In this document: piece after piece, positions 17,427 to 30,300 of the stretch
How positions within the stretch are numbered: position 1 is the first letter of the stretch
How the letters are laid out: each line of letters begins with the position of its first letter
The notes under the pieces: generated by a model
Told to the model about the DNA's origin: nothing
Database searches by the model: none
The model's input: only the letters and a program-made list of their open reading frames with translations
Made by a program: the position numbers and the translations under genes
Virus record (IMG/VR): IMGVR_UViG_3300020045_010359
Coordinates: 1 to 60,567 of that record
DNA: 60,567 nt
Origin: a virus
Lineage: Duplodnaviria; Caudoviricetes
Direction: 5' to 3' (one strand)

Positions 17427-20400
17427 TTATCTATCTTGTAATTCACTCATGTCTTTTTCAGCTCTTGTTTTGAATTTAACAATAGTTGATGTAAAAGGAA
17501 ATGCTTTGAACCATTTTTCATATACTTTATCTAAATCTTCTTCATCAGAAGACCCATCTTTTAAATATTTATAAGAGGCAGCTGTTGCTTTTTTAAAATC
17601 TTTATAAATACTCATTGCTGGTATTAAAGAAGATGTAAATGTGGTAAATACATCAGGGCTTGTATAAAAAATTAAATCATTTTCAACTTGTAATAATTGA
17701 TTAGCAATCATTCGTGGAATACCTTTATCAATTTTGTCATCATCATCGTCATCATAAAAAGATTTTAATAAAACAGCAAGAGCTAACATAACAGCATACA
17801 TTTGTAAATCAGCAATAGTTTTTTTAATATTAGCTTTTTCCATTTCAGATAAGTTTACAGTACTTCTTTTAAATAAAAGAGTGTAAAGTTTATTCATCAT
17901 ATTACCATTTAAATCATTATTATCATCTAACAACCTTTTGATAGTAGTGTATCTTCCTTCAACATCTTGGTCTATAATTTCATTGTGATATTTTTTACCA
18001 AATCTTTGTTCTATACCTTCTGCCATCCAAGATAATCTATATTGCCCAATTAATCTACCTAATACTTTTTGTTTTGCTACAACAGGATTATTTCTATCAA
18101 AGTTACCGTGCATTTGTTTTAAAATAAACTTTAATTTGCTTCTATATTCTGCCATTTTTACTGGATTATCTCCATTCCAAGCTAAGTTTGTTTGTTTATC
18201 AAATAAATCTTCATTCCATGAACCATCTTCTTTAAAAGCACTCCACAGTGATATTTCTTCATTGTTTTTTCCTTTAATTTTATCTTTTAACATTATAGCA
18301 ATAGCACTTGTAGATTTCATAATAAAATCACTACTTTGCATTAAATTGTATGGATTTAATGTTTTAGCTAATTTATTTTCTGTATATCTATTTTTACCAT
18401 ATTTTATATCTATAACATCATGTGTTAAACCAAGTTTTTCTACAACATGAGTGATTTTATTTCCTTGTTCAGTTGTTAATGTACCAAAAGATAAATATTT
18501 TCTTACAGAAGATAAAACTATTTGATTAGCTTTACCAAATTCTTTAAAAGAAAAATTTAAACCACCAGATGCTTCAACATAATTTGTTACTAAACCAAAA
18601 GCAGCATTTGCAAAAGCACTAAAAGGATTATAAGAAAATGTTTTTAAAGCTTGTACAGCAATTACATTATCAAAAAAAGAAGACCATGTAAATCTTTTAC
18701 CACCCAAAGCTCTATATTCATCTATTAAAGTTTCGTAACCTGTTAATTCTTCTTTTTCAAGTTTTGTTAATTTAGTATCTTGACTTTTTAAAAATAAAGT
18801 ATCTCTTTTTTCATTATTCTTTTTAATAAGTTTAACCAATTCTTTTGCTCTTTCTTTTTTAGAAGAAGTTATTCCAATTAAATCAGACGTAGAAAATATG
18901 TCATCTTCAAAATCTTTATTAGCTTTATGTTGACCTTCAACATCTTTATATTTACCATATAAAACAGCATCTATTGTATATTTGAATCTTTTCTTTAAAT
19001 TGACGGGGTCTTCAAATGTACCATTTGTTTTTAATGATTTTGATTTATCAACAATACTTTTTGCTAATTGTACTTCTAAATTAATATCAGACATAAATTT
19101 ATAATGACTTGCCATTGCTAAAAATACTTCAAAAGATTTATTTGGGTCAATAGAATAAGATGTTAAAAGTTCTTCAAGTCTTACGTTTAATGATTTTACT
19201 TCTGCAACTGTTAAGTTGTTTGTTTTTTCATTTTTGCTTAATTTATCTTGAATTTTTTTAATTTCTCTATCTATATCTCTTAATTTTTCAATTGGTACAG
19301 TATTTAATTCTTGACCATTTTCATCTAATTCACCTATATAATTATGTTCAAAATCAGTAGTAAAAGAATTAACAACATTTGAATTTATTTTATTTAAAAA
19401 TCCTTTAAATCCACTATTTTGAAATGTGGCTAATAAATCAGCTTTTGCTCTATAAAAATAATTACTTGAAGTTGCATTTTCTTTTGAATAATCAGGAAGA
19501 ATATTTTTTAAATCATTCATGCTTGTTTTTAAAAACATAAAGTATTCTTTTAAATTTTCATCTTTCATAATATTTTCATAATCTGAATTATAATAACCTG
19601 TATCTTTTTTAGTATTTTTATTAAATTTTCTTGGAATATTAACTACATATTCACTACTAAAAACATCAGAATCTGCTATTTTATATTGTGTTTTATAAGT
19701 GTCAGAAGAACCGTGCATCATTCCATAAAAAATATCAGGAGAATTATTAATCATCCATTGATTTTTATTTTTTTCTTTTTCTTCTGTTGTTAAATTTTCA
19801 GTATCTAACCAATCTTCATACTCTTGTTTTAATTGAATATATTCATTGTATTTTAATTCTGCTTTTTTTAAAGCTTCTTCTACAATTGAAATATCACCAA
19901 TAGCATTTATTAATTCGTCTTTTAATGCTTGTTTTTTTGATTCTGAGCCAATAAAATATTGTGGGTCTATACTTATAGTATTTGCATTATACCATTCCTT
20001 TAATTCTCTTTTTGCGCGTCTTATTTCAACAGCATTATTTTTTTCTTTTGCTATTTTTAAATTATTTTGCAAATCTTTTCTGTCATCATAAAATTTATGG
20101 TCATACTTATCTATTAATCTATTTCTTAAAATATTACCAAATTTATCTTTTGCAAATATTTTTGATGCTTTTGCTAATTTACTTTTATAATCAGAACCAA
20201 GTTTGTTGAACAATTCATTTATTTTTTTTAATTGTTTGTCAATAAACAAATCTCTTTCTTGTGTTTTTACATTTATAAGTTTTGCAACATACTGAATATA
20301 TGGATTGACATCATCTGTTAAATCTAATGTTAAACCTTCTCTCATAGAAGCTTCTTGCAAATATAATAAATCTTCCATTTTAACAGAAACACCATGTGAT

Positions 20401-20933
20401 TGTGCTAATTCTAAAGCTTTTTCTTTTAATTTAATATCATACATTCTTTGTAAAGTTTGAGCTTCTACTTCAATAGCAATATCATCTTCTGTTGTAGATT
20501 CCATTAACTCAGTAAATTTATTATAAGCACCTAACATTTGATGATATGATAATAATTCTTGTTCATTTAAATTAGGAGAATTTAATTTAGCTCTTATGTT
20601 TTTTAAATGTTCTTTTGCAATTGTATAAACAGCATCAAGTTCATTTTTTTTAGCTAAAACTTTACCATTTTTTAACAATTGTTCTATTTTTAATTTTTCT
20701 TCATTTAAACTAAAAGTATTATATTTACCTGTTTTTAAATATTCATCTATTTTTTTGAGCCTTTGATTAAGAAGGTGCTCAATTTTTTTAAAACCAGACA
20801 TTGCTGAATAAGATAATTCTTTATGAGAAGTTTCATTTACTCCTAAATATACTTTTAGAGCAGTTTCGGAATTACCTAACTGCTCTAAAAGTTCTGTATA
20901 AATTGGGTCATTTATTTTTATTTCACAAGCCAT
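17427..20933 (-). CDS. Giant virion cargo protein (last of the crAss-like RNAP cluster)
   Basis: 1168 aa helical protein, MAC start, GRLIGQYR..W and EGRY motifs, hydrophobic segment followed by DDDDDD near the C-terminus. Confidence 0.7.
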   Translation of the reverse strand: MACEIKINDPIYTELLEQLGNSETALKVYLGVNETSHKELSYSAMSGFKKIEHLLNQRLKKIDEYLKTGKYNTFSLNEEKLKIEQLLKNGKVLAKKNELDAVYTIAKEHLKNIRAKLNSPNLNEQELLSYHQMLGAYNKFTELMESTTEDDIAIEVEAQTLQRMYDIKLKEKALELAQSHGVSVKMEDLLYLQEASMREGLTLDLTDDVNPYIQYVAKLINVKTQERDLFIDKQLKKINELFNKLGSDYKSKLAKASKIFAKDKFGNILRNRLIDKYDHKFYDDRKDLQNNLKIAKEKNNAVEIRRAKRELKEWYNANTISIDPQYFIGSESKKQALKDELINAIGDISIVEEALKKAELKYNEYIQLKQEYEDWLDTENLTTEEKEKNKNQWMINNSPDIFYGMMHGSSDTYKTQYKIADSDVFSSEYVVNIPRKFNKNTKKDTGYYNSDYENIMKDENLKEYFMFLKTSMNDLKNILPDYSKENATSSNYFYRAKADLLATFQNSGFKGFLNKINSNVVNSFTTDFEHNYIGELDENGQELNTVPIEKLRDIDREIKKIQDKLSKNEKTNNLTVAEVKSLNVRLEELLTSYSIDPNKSFEVFLAMASHYKFMSDINLEVQLAKSIVDKSKSLKTNGTFEDPVNLKKRFKYTIDAVLYGKYKDVEGQHKANKDFEDDIFSTSDLIGITSSKKERAKELVKLIKKNNEKRDTLFLKSQDTKLTKLEKEELTGYETLIDEYRALGGKRFTWSSFFDNVIAVQALKTFSYNPFSAFANAAFGLVTNYVEASGGLNFSFKEFGKANQIVLSSVRKYLSFGTLTTEQGNKITHVVEKLGLTHDVIDIKYGKNRYTENKLAKTLNPYNLMQSSDFIMKSTSAIAIMLKDKIKGKNNEEISLWSAFKEDGSWNEDLFDKQTNLAWNGDNPVKMAEYRSKLKFILKQMHGNFDRNNPVVAKQKVLGRLIGQYRLSWMAEGIEQRFGKKYHNEIIDQDVEGRYTTIKRLLDDNNDLNGNMMNKLYTLLFKRSTVNLSEMEKANIKKTIADLQMYAVMLALAVLLKSFYDDDDDDKIDKGIPRMIANQLLQVENDLIFYTSPDVFTTFTSSLIPAMSIYKDFKKATAASYKYLKDGSSDEEDLDKVYEKWFKAFPFTSTIVKFKTRAEKDMSELQDR

Positions 20934-21337
20934 TATGATAAGTTTTTAAGTTTATACAATGTACTTGCGTATAATTCAATAATATCATCAATAATTTGTT
21001 GTAAATAACCATCTGTTAATTTACTTCTTGTTTGCTCTGATAAAGTTATTTTTTCAGAAAGATACAAACACATATCTTTCCCCTCGTTTATTTTAATATC
21101 ACCATAACCTTTTACAATTCCATATTTACCTTGATAAGATTCAATAAATCTATCTCTTAAATCAACAATATCAGAGTATAAAGAATTTAAAGCCATGTGT
21201 TGAGCATAACTTTTAGTTTGTAAATGTGCAATATGCGCAACAACTTCTACTTCAAAAAGTGAATTTAAAAATGGTATTAAACTATTGCTGTTTTTATTTT
21301 TTAAAACAGAATCTATTATGTCTTTTGTTTCTAACAT
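20933..21337 (-). CDS. Ferritin/Dps-like protein (DUF5856-like)
   Basis: HIAHLQTKSYAQHMAL..LY...D.FIESYQGKYG and TLYKL motifs. Confidence 0.75.
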   Translation of the reverse strand: MLETKDIIDSVLKNKNSNSLIPFLNSLFEVEVVAHIAHLQTKSYAQHMALNSLYSDIVDLRDRFIESYQGKYGIVKGYGDIKINEGKDMCLYLSEKITLSEQTRSKLTDGYLQQIIDDIIELYASTLYKLKNLS

Positions 21338-24300
21338 TTTGTTTCTATTGTTTTATTAAGTTTTAATTTAGTGAAAGCTAATCTTTCAGACGGTGTTAAA
21401 GATTTTAAAAAATCATCAAGTGATGATTTTAATTTAATTGAATCATTTGCTGTTTGAGATATAGAAAGTTCTTCTTTTTTATTTTCAGCAACAATAAAAT
21501 TATCACCAGTTTGTTTTTGTGTATAAATTACTAAAGTATCAGTGGGTCTTGAAAAAGCAACATAACGCATTTGATTTGCTTCATAAGCAAAGAAATCACC
21601 ATTTTCATCAACAGTTAATCGTTTATCTTCTTTATAAGAAATATTTTCTTCATCAACCATAACATGTTTGTAAGTGCTTCCTTGTGCTTTATGTGTTGTT
21701 ATTGCATAACCATAACCAATATTTCCAGAAATAGAAGTTATAGCATTACTTTCTAAAGCTTTATCAATCGCTGCTATCAATTGTTCATTAGTTTCTGTTT
21801 TACCTTGTGCTTTTAAAGAATTTCGTCTTGCTGCCATCAAACCTTTATAATCAGTAACATGTTTATTTGATTCAATTCTATATAAAACATTTGGCACAAC
21901 AATTCCCATTTTTTCAATTTCTTGTAAAAATTTATTTGGTTCGCTTGCAAATTGAAACTTTTTATCTATTTTATTTTTTTCTAAAAAAACATTGAACAGT
22001 TTTTGAGCAAACTCTTTGTTTTCATTTTTAGAAATATCTACCCATCTTACAAATTTTGTTTGTGCATATTCATCTGGTTTGTCTTGAACTTCAACTGCTT
22101 CGACACCATAGCTTAAAAATTGTATTTTTTCTTGTCTAACAGCTTTTCCATTTTCAAAAACAGGGAAATTTATCAAACCTTCTTTTTCAATTGGGTCATT
22201 TAAAACAATATAATCTTGACTATTTTGAATAGGTGTTTCTGTTGCTGACATACCCCAATTCAAATCACCCATTAAAATTTCTCCTTTTAACAAAGGTTTA
22301 TCAGCTTCTTCTTTATATAAACGAGTTCTAATTTGATTATTATACATATCTACTGTGTTATTTCCATATGCAATTAATTTTACCAAACCTTTTTCGTTAT
22401 CTGTTTTATATAAACTTCTATAATACATAAAAGCATCAACTAATCTTTGTTTTGAATCAACAATTTTTACATGTTCTGTATTCCCATATTGAACAATACC
22501 ACCTTTTAAATCTTTTAAATTACTTCTTACTGTATTTGTTAATAATGCAATAGCTGTGTCATCATCAAATCTTTTTACTTCTGTTAATTCATAAGAATTA
22601 CTTGTTCTTTTATTAAAATAATCACTAAGTTTATTTGCACGGGCATTTAATTGTTTAGAAAAAACAGTATTTCCAATAGGGGGCAATTGACCTTTATCAC
22701 CCATTACAACTTTAAATACTCCAGATTCTGGTGGATATATGTTATTTAAAGAATCAAAATCATATTTATTAATCGTGGATATTTCATCAAGAGCTATTAC
22801 TGTTGGTAAAACTTTTTGCCCCATTTTAGCTTTTGCTAACGCTGATGCAACTGTTATATAGTTACCAGTTCTACCATTTACCATATTAGAAGCAACTTTC
22901 CCAGCTTTATGCGTTGGTGTCATAATTACTAAACCTTTGTTATAAGGACTTCTTTTGTTTATATATTCTTTAATAATTTTTATAACAGTACTTTTACCTG
23001 TATTATGTGTAACAGTAAAATCTTCTAATATAAATAAATTATCACCATCTAATGCAAAACCATAATATTTATCAACAATATCTTTTTCAATTTTAATACC
23101 AGTATGTCTAAGATTTTTTATTTGAGTTCTTAATTCGTTTTGTTTTCTTTTTATTTTACAAGGAATTAATCTGTCAACAGTTATAGATAATCTATAATAA
23201 AAATATTTTTCTTTTTTAAATTTTGAATTAGTAATTGTTTTTATACTGTTTGTAACTTTAAAACCTAAACTTCTACAAAGATATGTAATTTGTTCAGCTA
23301 ATAATTTATGTTTCGAACAAATTTCATAAGTCTTACCTTTTTTACAATAATAACCATCCGAATCAAATAAACCAGCTAAAAGATTCAATCTATCTTCAAT
23401 TGATGAATATAAATATTCATCTGGTATATATTTTTCTTCTAATTTAGTAGAATTTTGAATATTGTATATTTTTTTAAACGCGTCGGTTAATTCTTTATTT
23501 TTATTGTGAATAGTATAGGTTATATTATTTTCATTAGTTATACCTATTTCTTTTAAATATTGAATTATTTCAATATCAATATTGGTTATTTTTCTTATAG
23601 ACTCAGTATGACCATCACCCAACCACAAACCAAGATAATAAGGATTTATTAAAAGTTCTTTTTTAGTAAATTCAATAGCTTCACATTGATAACCTTTTCC
23701 TTGTTTCTTTAACGTGTTTCCTTTTGATAAATTTAAGTAATCTATTAATTTAATATTTTTTACTTTAACTGTTTTTCTATCAGAATTTACTTCTTTTAAT
23801 GATAAAATGTGTTGTTCATTTACTCTATAAGAAGCTCCTTTAACTTGATGTACCCAATACATTTGTTCAATTCCTCTTTTTAAATCTAAAACAGTTCTTG
23901 GCGTAGAATCAACTCCCATTAATAAATCTCCAATTTTTACATCTTGAACTTCTTTAAATTTACCATCAAACATTAAAACTTTTGTTCCATAACCAAGGCA
24001 GCCTGCACGTCCCAATAATCTAAACTCATTATCTCCTTTTTTATTTAAAAAATTATCATAAGCATTGGCTACTTCTTGTAATGCTTCTTTTTGACCAGTT
24101 GTTAATTCAATACTTATTTTTTTACCATTTTTAGTAGCTGTTGTTTCTAATTCTACACCGTTAATGTTAATAGTATTAAATTTTTCTAAATTAAGAATTT
24201 GAGAATCTGTTATTACTTGTTTTTCAATTGCTTTTGTTTCAACATTTCTAAAATTTTTACCATTTTGTGGGTCAACATCTGGATTATTATTATAAGCATT

Positions 24301-27300
24301 TAATATTTTATTTTCATCAATTTGTTTACCTTTGTAATTTTCTACTTCAATAGCTTTACCATTTTTTATTTTAATTGTATAATTTGCTCCAAAATATTTA
24401 AACGTATCTGAAGTATAAACATTTTCAACATTTGTAAGTAAAGCATCATTATCTCTTACTTCATATTCTTTTGGTAAAACAACATTGTTTGGAATAAAAT
24501 CTTGAAGTTGTATAAATAAATTTTTTATTTCACCAACAGTATAGCCAGCTAAAGAACTTCCTAATTTTGTAACTAAAAACTTTTTATCAGAATTTTCTCT
24601 TGCAAAATGTAACATTTCACGCAAACCATTTTCAATTTCTCCTAATGTAGAAGACTTTTCTTTTCTCCAATCTTTTTTAGTTATAACTGCATATGATTGA
24701 CCTTGCAAACCTTCTGCTTGTCCTTGTTTTGCACCAAATTTTTCTTTAGCTAAAAGAGCTGCGCCTTTTCCATGAGCACCTTCTGCATTACTTCCAAATA
24801 CAAATATTTCATTTGGTTTTAAAGAAGTAATATTATCTGGAGTAAATTCATTTGGTTGTCTTTTTGTTGATTCTATTTTAATATTTGTTTTATTTTTATC
24901 TTCTGATAATACTAAAATATTACCAATAGCATTTTCTAAAACAGAACCTTCATTTATAGATGTAATATTATAACTTTTTGCGATAGCTTTTAATAATTTA
25001 GTAAGTAAAGCACTAAACCTATCAAAAAAGGATTTATCACCACTATATTTAATTTTGTTTATAAACTTTTGAAATTCTGGTTTAGTCATTGCACCAGTAA
25101 TGAACTCATGTGAATCTGTTAAACAATAATAAATATTTACATCTGTTGAACTATATCTTGTAGGAGCATCACTTTTATAATTTTTTAAATAATTCAAATA
25201 ACCTTCATAATTTATAACGTTACCATCTATGTTTACAGTTCCAATTTCTTTTAATTTCTCTATTACAACATCTTTTAATTTATTAAGATTTTCAATTGCT
25301 TTAGCTTCTTCTTTTGTTACAGATGTATTATCTTTTTCCCATTTGTCAATTTTATCAGAAGTTACAACATGTAAAAGTTCATGCAACAAAGTCTTTTGTA
25401 ATTGTTGTTCGGCTGTTATATTTAGTACATCAGCTGCTATTGTAATTTTTTCAATATTGGTTGAAATAATTTTTTGTGCAGGCAAAGCTTCTGCTTGTGC
25501 GTTTAATTTGTTATTATTACCAATTTTTGTTTGTTTCGCTTCTGGTATTTCACTTAATAGTTCTGCAATAATTTTATGGTCATCTGAACCAAATGTTTTT
25601 ATTAAAGATAAAGAAGTTTGTAGTGCTTCATTTGAAAATTTACCATCTTGAATATTATATTTATCAAGTAATTTTTCTTGTTCAGTGTTGTTGTTTTCTT
25701 TTTCAATTTCTTCTTTTATAATTTCTGGTTCAATAGTTTTTTGAGTTTCAATATAACGAGTATTATTTTCATTAATTATTGAAGGTTTATTATCCCAAAA
25801 ATTAAGATTAGCATTATATTCAGTTATACCAAGTTTATCAGTACCAAGAGTAGGTATTACATTATATACATAATCAACAGCTGCTCCATTTGAATTAATA
25901 TATAATTGATATAAAACAGGTTCAAACATTTTAGATTTAGGATTCATAACATATTTATAAATGAATAATGGAGGTAAAGTTAGTCCATTGAAATTTAAAA
26001 GATTTCTTTGCTCTTCTTTTAAATAATTTGTTCTTGATATTTTTTGAATATTTGAATCTTTTACATCAAAAGTTTTACTTCCTCCCGTAATAAATTCATC
26101 AGTTACTTTTAATGCTTTATAAGGATTGTTTTGAATAAATTGTTTTAAAAAACTTAATTCAATACCAGAATTGTTTAATTCATCATATAAAGATTCATTA
26201 ATACTTCTTAAATTTTCAGAGAATTTATTGTTTAAAAGTATTGATGCTGGAATATATTTTAAAAAGTTTTTAGCATTTTGTGTACCACTTGTTAAATAAG
26301 AATATTTAATTAAATCAACAGCAAAATCTTTTGTATCTTCATTTAATAAAAGTTCAGCAAAACCTCTTGTATTTTCAGCATCATCATATTCTAATGATAT
26401 TGCTGCGTTATATACAACCATTTTAATACCTTCTTCATTTTTCACACCCAATCTTTTTAAGAAATAATTATTTTTATACTGTTTTTTAAGTTTCAATAAT
26501 CTTTCACTTAATGAATTTTCACCTTTTAAAAGCCTTTCTTGTTCACTCTGAACATTACTAATTAAATCTAAATCTTTAGATGTAAAAATAAAAGCTTTAA
26601 ATTCATTTAATAACAGCCTTTGTTCACTTTCAGAAATATCATTCAATGAATTTAGTCCTTTTATACCAGCATACAATTCAAAAATGTTTTGAATAACTGG
26701 AGAATTATATACATATAAATCAGAAAACAAATTAGAAGCTAATTTAATAGAATTATTAGTAGCAGAACCAAGTTCAGTTCCATTTGTTAAACTATCAATA
26801 CCATCAATTTGAATCATTTCATCTGAATTTAATAAAGGAGAAGTATATATTGAGTTTGCTTCAATTCTATTAAATCTTTGCGCTTTTATATTTGCACTAA
26901 TTAAAGATTTTCCCACACCTTTACTATCCGAATTTGTAGATGTCATAACATCTCTCATTGAATTTCCAAGTTCTTCTAACTTTAAAAAGAATTTTAAAAT
27001 GTCAACTTGGTGCATATAATAAGCTTTTGAATTAGTTTCTTTTAAATTTAATTTAATATTCAACAAATCAGTTTCAGAAGGAAGAACATACGTTTCATCA
27101 AATTTAAAATTAGAAATAATTCCTGCTAATTTACTATATTTTTCAATAAGACCTTTGACCATATTTTCTTTTTTATAAGGGTCAAATTCTTCTATTGTTC
27201 TATCATTTAAAAGTTCCATAGATTTAACATACTCTTCAACTATTTCTTGCTTTAAAATAAAAGCAACAGTGTTATTATTAGCTACATTTAATTCAGTTTT

Positions 27301-30300
27301 AGTTGAATCTTCAAGCATTAATAAAGCATTTGCAACAGCAAAAGTAGTATTATTTAAATTAATTTTACCTAATATACCTGATTTAGCATTATCAACAGAT
27401 TCAGACTGTAAATTTTGAATATTTAAAGCTTTATTTCTTTCATAAGTACCTGTTATATTACCAACTTTGTCATAAACATTAAAAATAGTATGCCCAACAC
27501 CTTTTAAATTTTTATTATCACTAAAAGCATTTAAAGATATAATTTGACCTTTTGAGTTTCTTATATTTAAAAAAAAGGGTACAGGATTACCATCTTTATC
27601 AGATTTCATTAACTCAATTTTTCTACCTTGTAAAATAGAATTATATGTAGAAGCTAATGACTCTGCGCCAACACCATCTTTACCTGACCTATTTTCAAAT
27701 TGGGCTTGTTTATTAAATTCAGCAGAAATTAAACTTCTTACTTTTTTATCTTCTGTATTTATTACTTTAGCAGCATCTGCTAAATCTTGAACATCTAATG
27801 GTGCTAAAATTTTATTAGTCATATCAGAATGTGTTAAAACAGAAAAATGTAAATCTATATAATCATTTTGAAGCTGTTTCATTGAACCATGACCTTCATT
27901 ATATTTTTCTAATTTTCCATTATTTAATAAACGCGTATTAAATTGATAAGTATAAAGTTTATCAACGTCATTATCGCAACCCATTTGAATAGTTAATTCA
28001 GAAGGATATATAACAACATCACCCATATATGGTGGTAAAAAACCAACTACTTCCAAAGGAATCATTGAGTTGTGTCCTTGATTAGGAATCCTTGCACCAA
28101 CCAATTTAAATAATTCTGGGTCAATATCTTCTATTTTAATGTTTTGTCCTAATTTCAAAGCTTTACCATTATTGTCTTTATAATTAAACGGAATTAGAAC
28201 TTGTGCTGATATTACTTTACCATCTTTTTGCGTAATAGTTTGTAAACCTTTTGTTTTATCAAAATTTGAACTGTTTGTAAAAGTAATATCACTATTATTT
28301 AAGTCATAATCTTCATTAAATATCCAAGATTGATTAGAACTTTGCACATAAGATTTTCCTGGCATTTTATTTAATACAATTTTACTAACAACAGATGTTA
28401 ACAATGATTCAAATTTGTTACTTGAATTATTAAAAAATAATGGTATTTCAAATTCATCACCTTGTTCTGTTAATTTTAAACTATAAATATCATTTAAAGG
28501 AAATCCTCTTGAATAAGCTTCTTCTAAAATCATATCTTTAATTTTAGATAACTTATTAAATTTTAATTTATTTCCTATTTGTACACCTTCTTTATCAAAA
28601 ATAGGTTCTTCTGATACTTTTAATTTTTCAAAAAGTTCTTGTTTACCTATTTCAAACATTTGTTTTCTTAAATCTTCTTTTTTATTACGAACTTCTTCAC
28701 CTGTCAAAGTTTCATCTTTAAATACAAAACCTTCCATGTTTAAAATACCTTCTGTAATAAGTTTATTCATTTGACTTATTGTAACAATTTTAGCTTTATT
28801 TTCATCATAAGGTACTTCTTGTTGTATTCTAAAACCTTCTCTATTTAAAGTAATTGATTTTAAATCAAAATCATCAAGCAATTTTCCATTATCATCATAT
28901 ATTTTATTCATATTAAAACCGCCAACTTTAACAGCAGTTTCAAAAGCAAATCTTTGAATACCAAGTTTTGCCATTTTTTCTTGTATTTTCTTTAACTCTG
29001 TACCTTCTAATAATTGAGGAACTAATGGGATTGAAGAGGATTTAACATAAACTTTTGACACAAAATTACCAACAGTATAATTAACTACTTGAACTGGTTT
29101 TTGCGGTTGCATTATTACAGTTAGCTCTTCTTGAGATAAACGATTTGTATTATTTACACCATTTTGCTCTTGATTATGTAATTTTGTTTTCAAAGTAATA
29201 TAAATATCATCTTCAACTTGACCTTTTGCAAATAAAGTATCTAAATGTTCAGTAGCAAGTGTCCATTCTTGAGCGTCAGTACCTTTAATTTCAGAATAAG
29301 CTTTCTTTAAAACAGGATTAGAATTGATATACTCATTAGCTGATGCTAAAACAACGTCTTTTACAATTGCAATTTTATAATTTTTTTGCATTTTAAAAGA
29401 TTTACTTTCTATATCCCAAAGCATCCAATGAGGTTCATTTCCTGGTGCTATATCTTTTGCATTACGTTTGATTACTTCAACAGCAGTAGCGTCTTCATTT
29501 TTTTTAAAAGCCCAAGCAGGGTCGCCACCTATAACTCTATAATATTCACCAGCAACTAACATTTGATAATATTCAACTTCTAATGCTGCTTGTAAATATG
29601 CTTGAGTTACTTCTCCTTTATTAGCAGTTATAGTCTTTTTATTATTTTTATAAGTAGTAGAAAAAGCTTTAAATTTATTTTTTTGCATCCATTGAGAATC
29701 TAAAAATATTTTTTCACCATTTGTTATATCATTTTCATTTGGTACAATTGATAGATTTCTCCAAATATTCAATCTTTCATAAACTTGTTTACCCAATGTT
29801 ACATCGACAATTGATTTAATTAAATCATCAGTGGGCAAATCATTGTTGTTAGCAAATATAGAATCTATTTCTTCTACTGAATAACCTTGTATATCACCAT
29901 TAACAATTGCTTCTTTTAATTTATTTTTATTTAACAAAGGAAAAAATAAAAATAATTGAGAGCCTGTTTTAAAATTAGAAGGTAAAGATTTTTCATTTTC
30001 AATTAAATATCTTGCTTCTTGTATTCTTTTTCTTTCAGCAAAAGCAAGTTCATATAATTTCTCCATTCCACTATCTGAAATTAAAGAATTATTAACAGCT
30101 AATTTAACTTCTGGAACTCTTAAAGAAGGACATGTTGTTTTATCTGAAATTGTAGGTAATCTAACAATTCTTTTTTTATTTCCTTTGTTTAAAATTTCAG
30201 CAAGAACATGTAATTCATATTCTTTTTCAGTTGCTTTAATTGGGTCTGTACCTGTGTCATCACCTCTTTTCTTTAAACCTTCTCTATATTCTAAGTTAAT

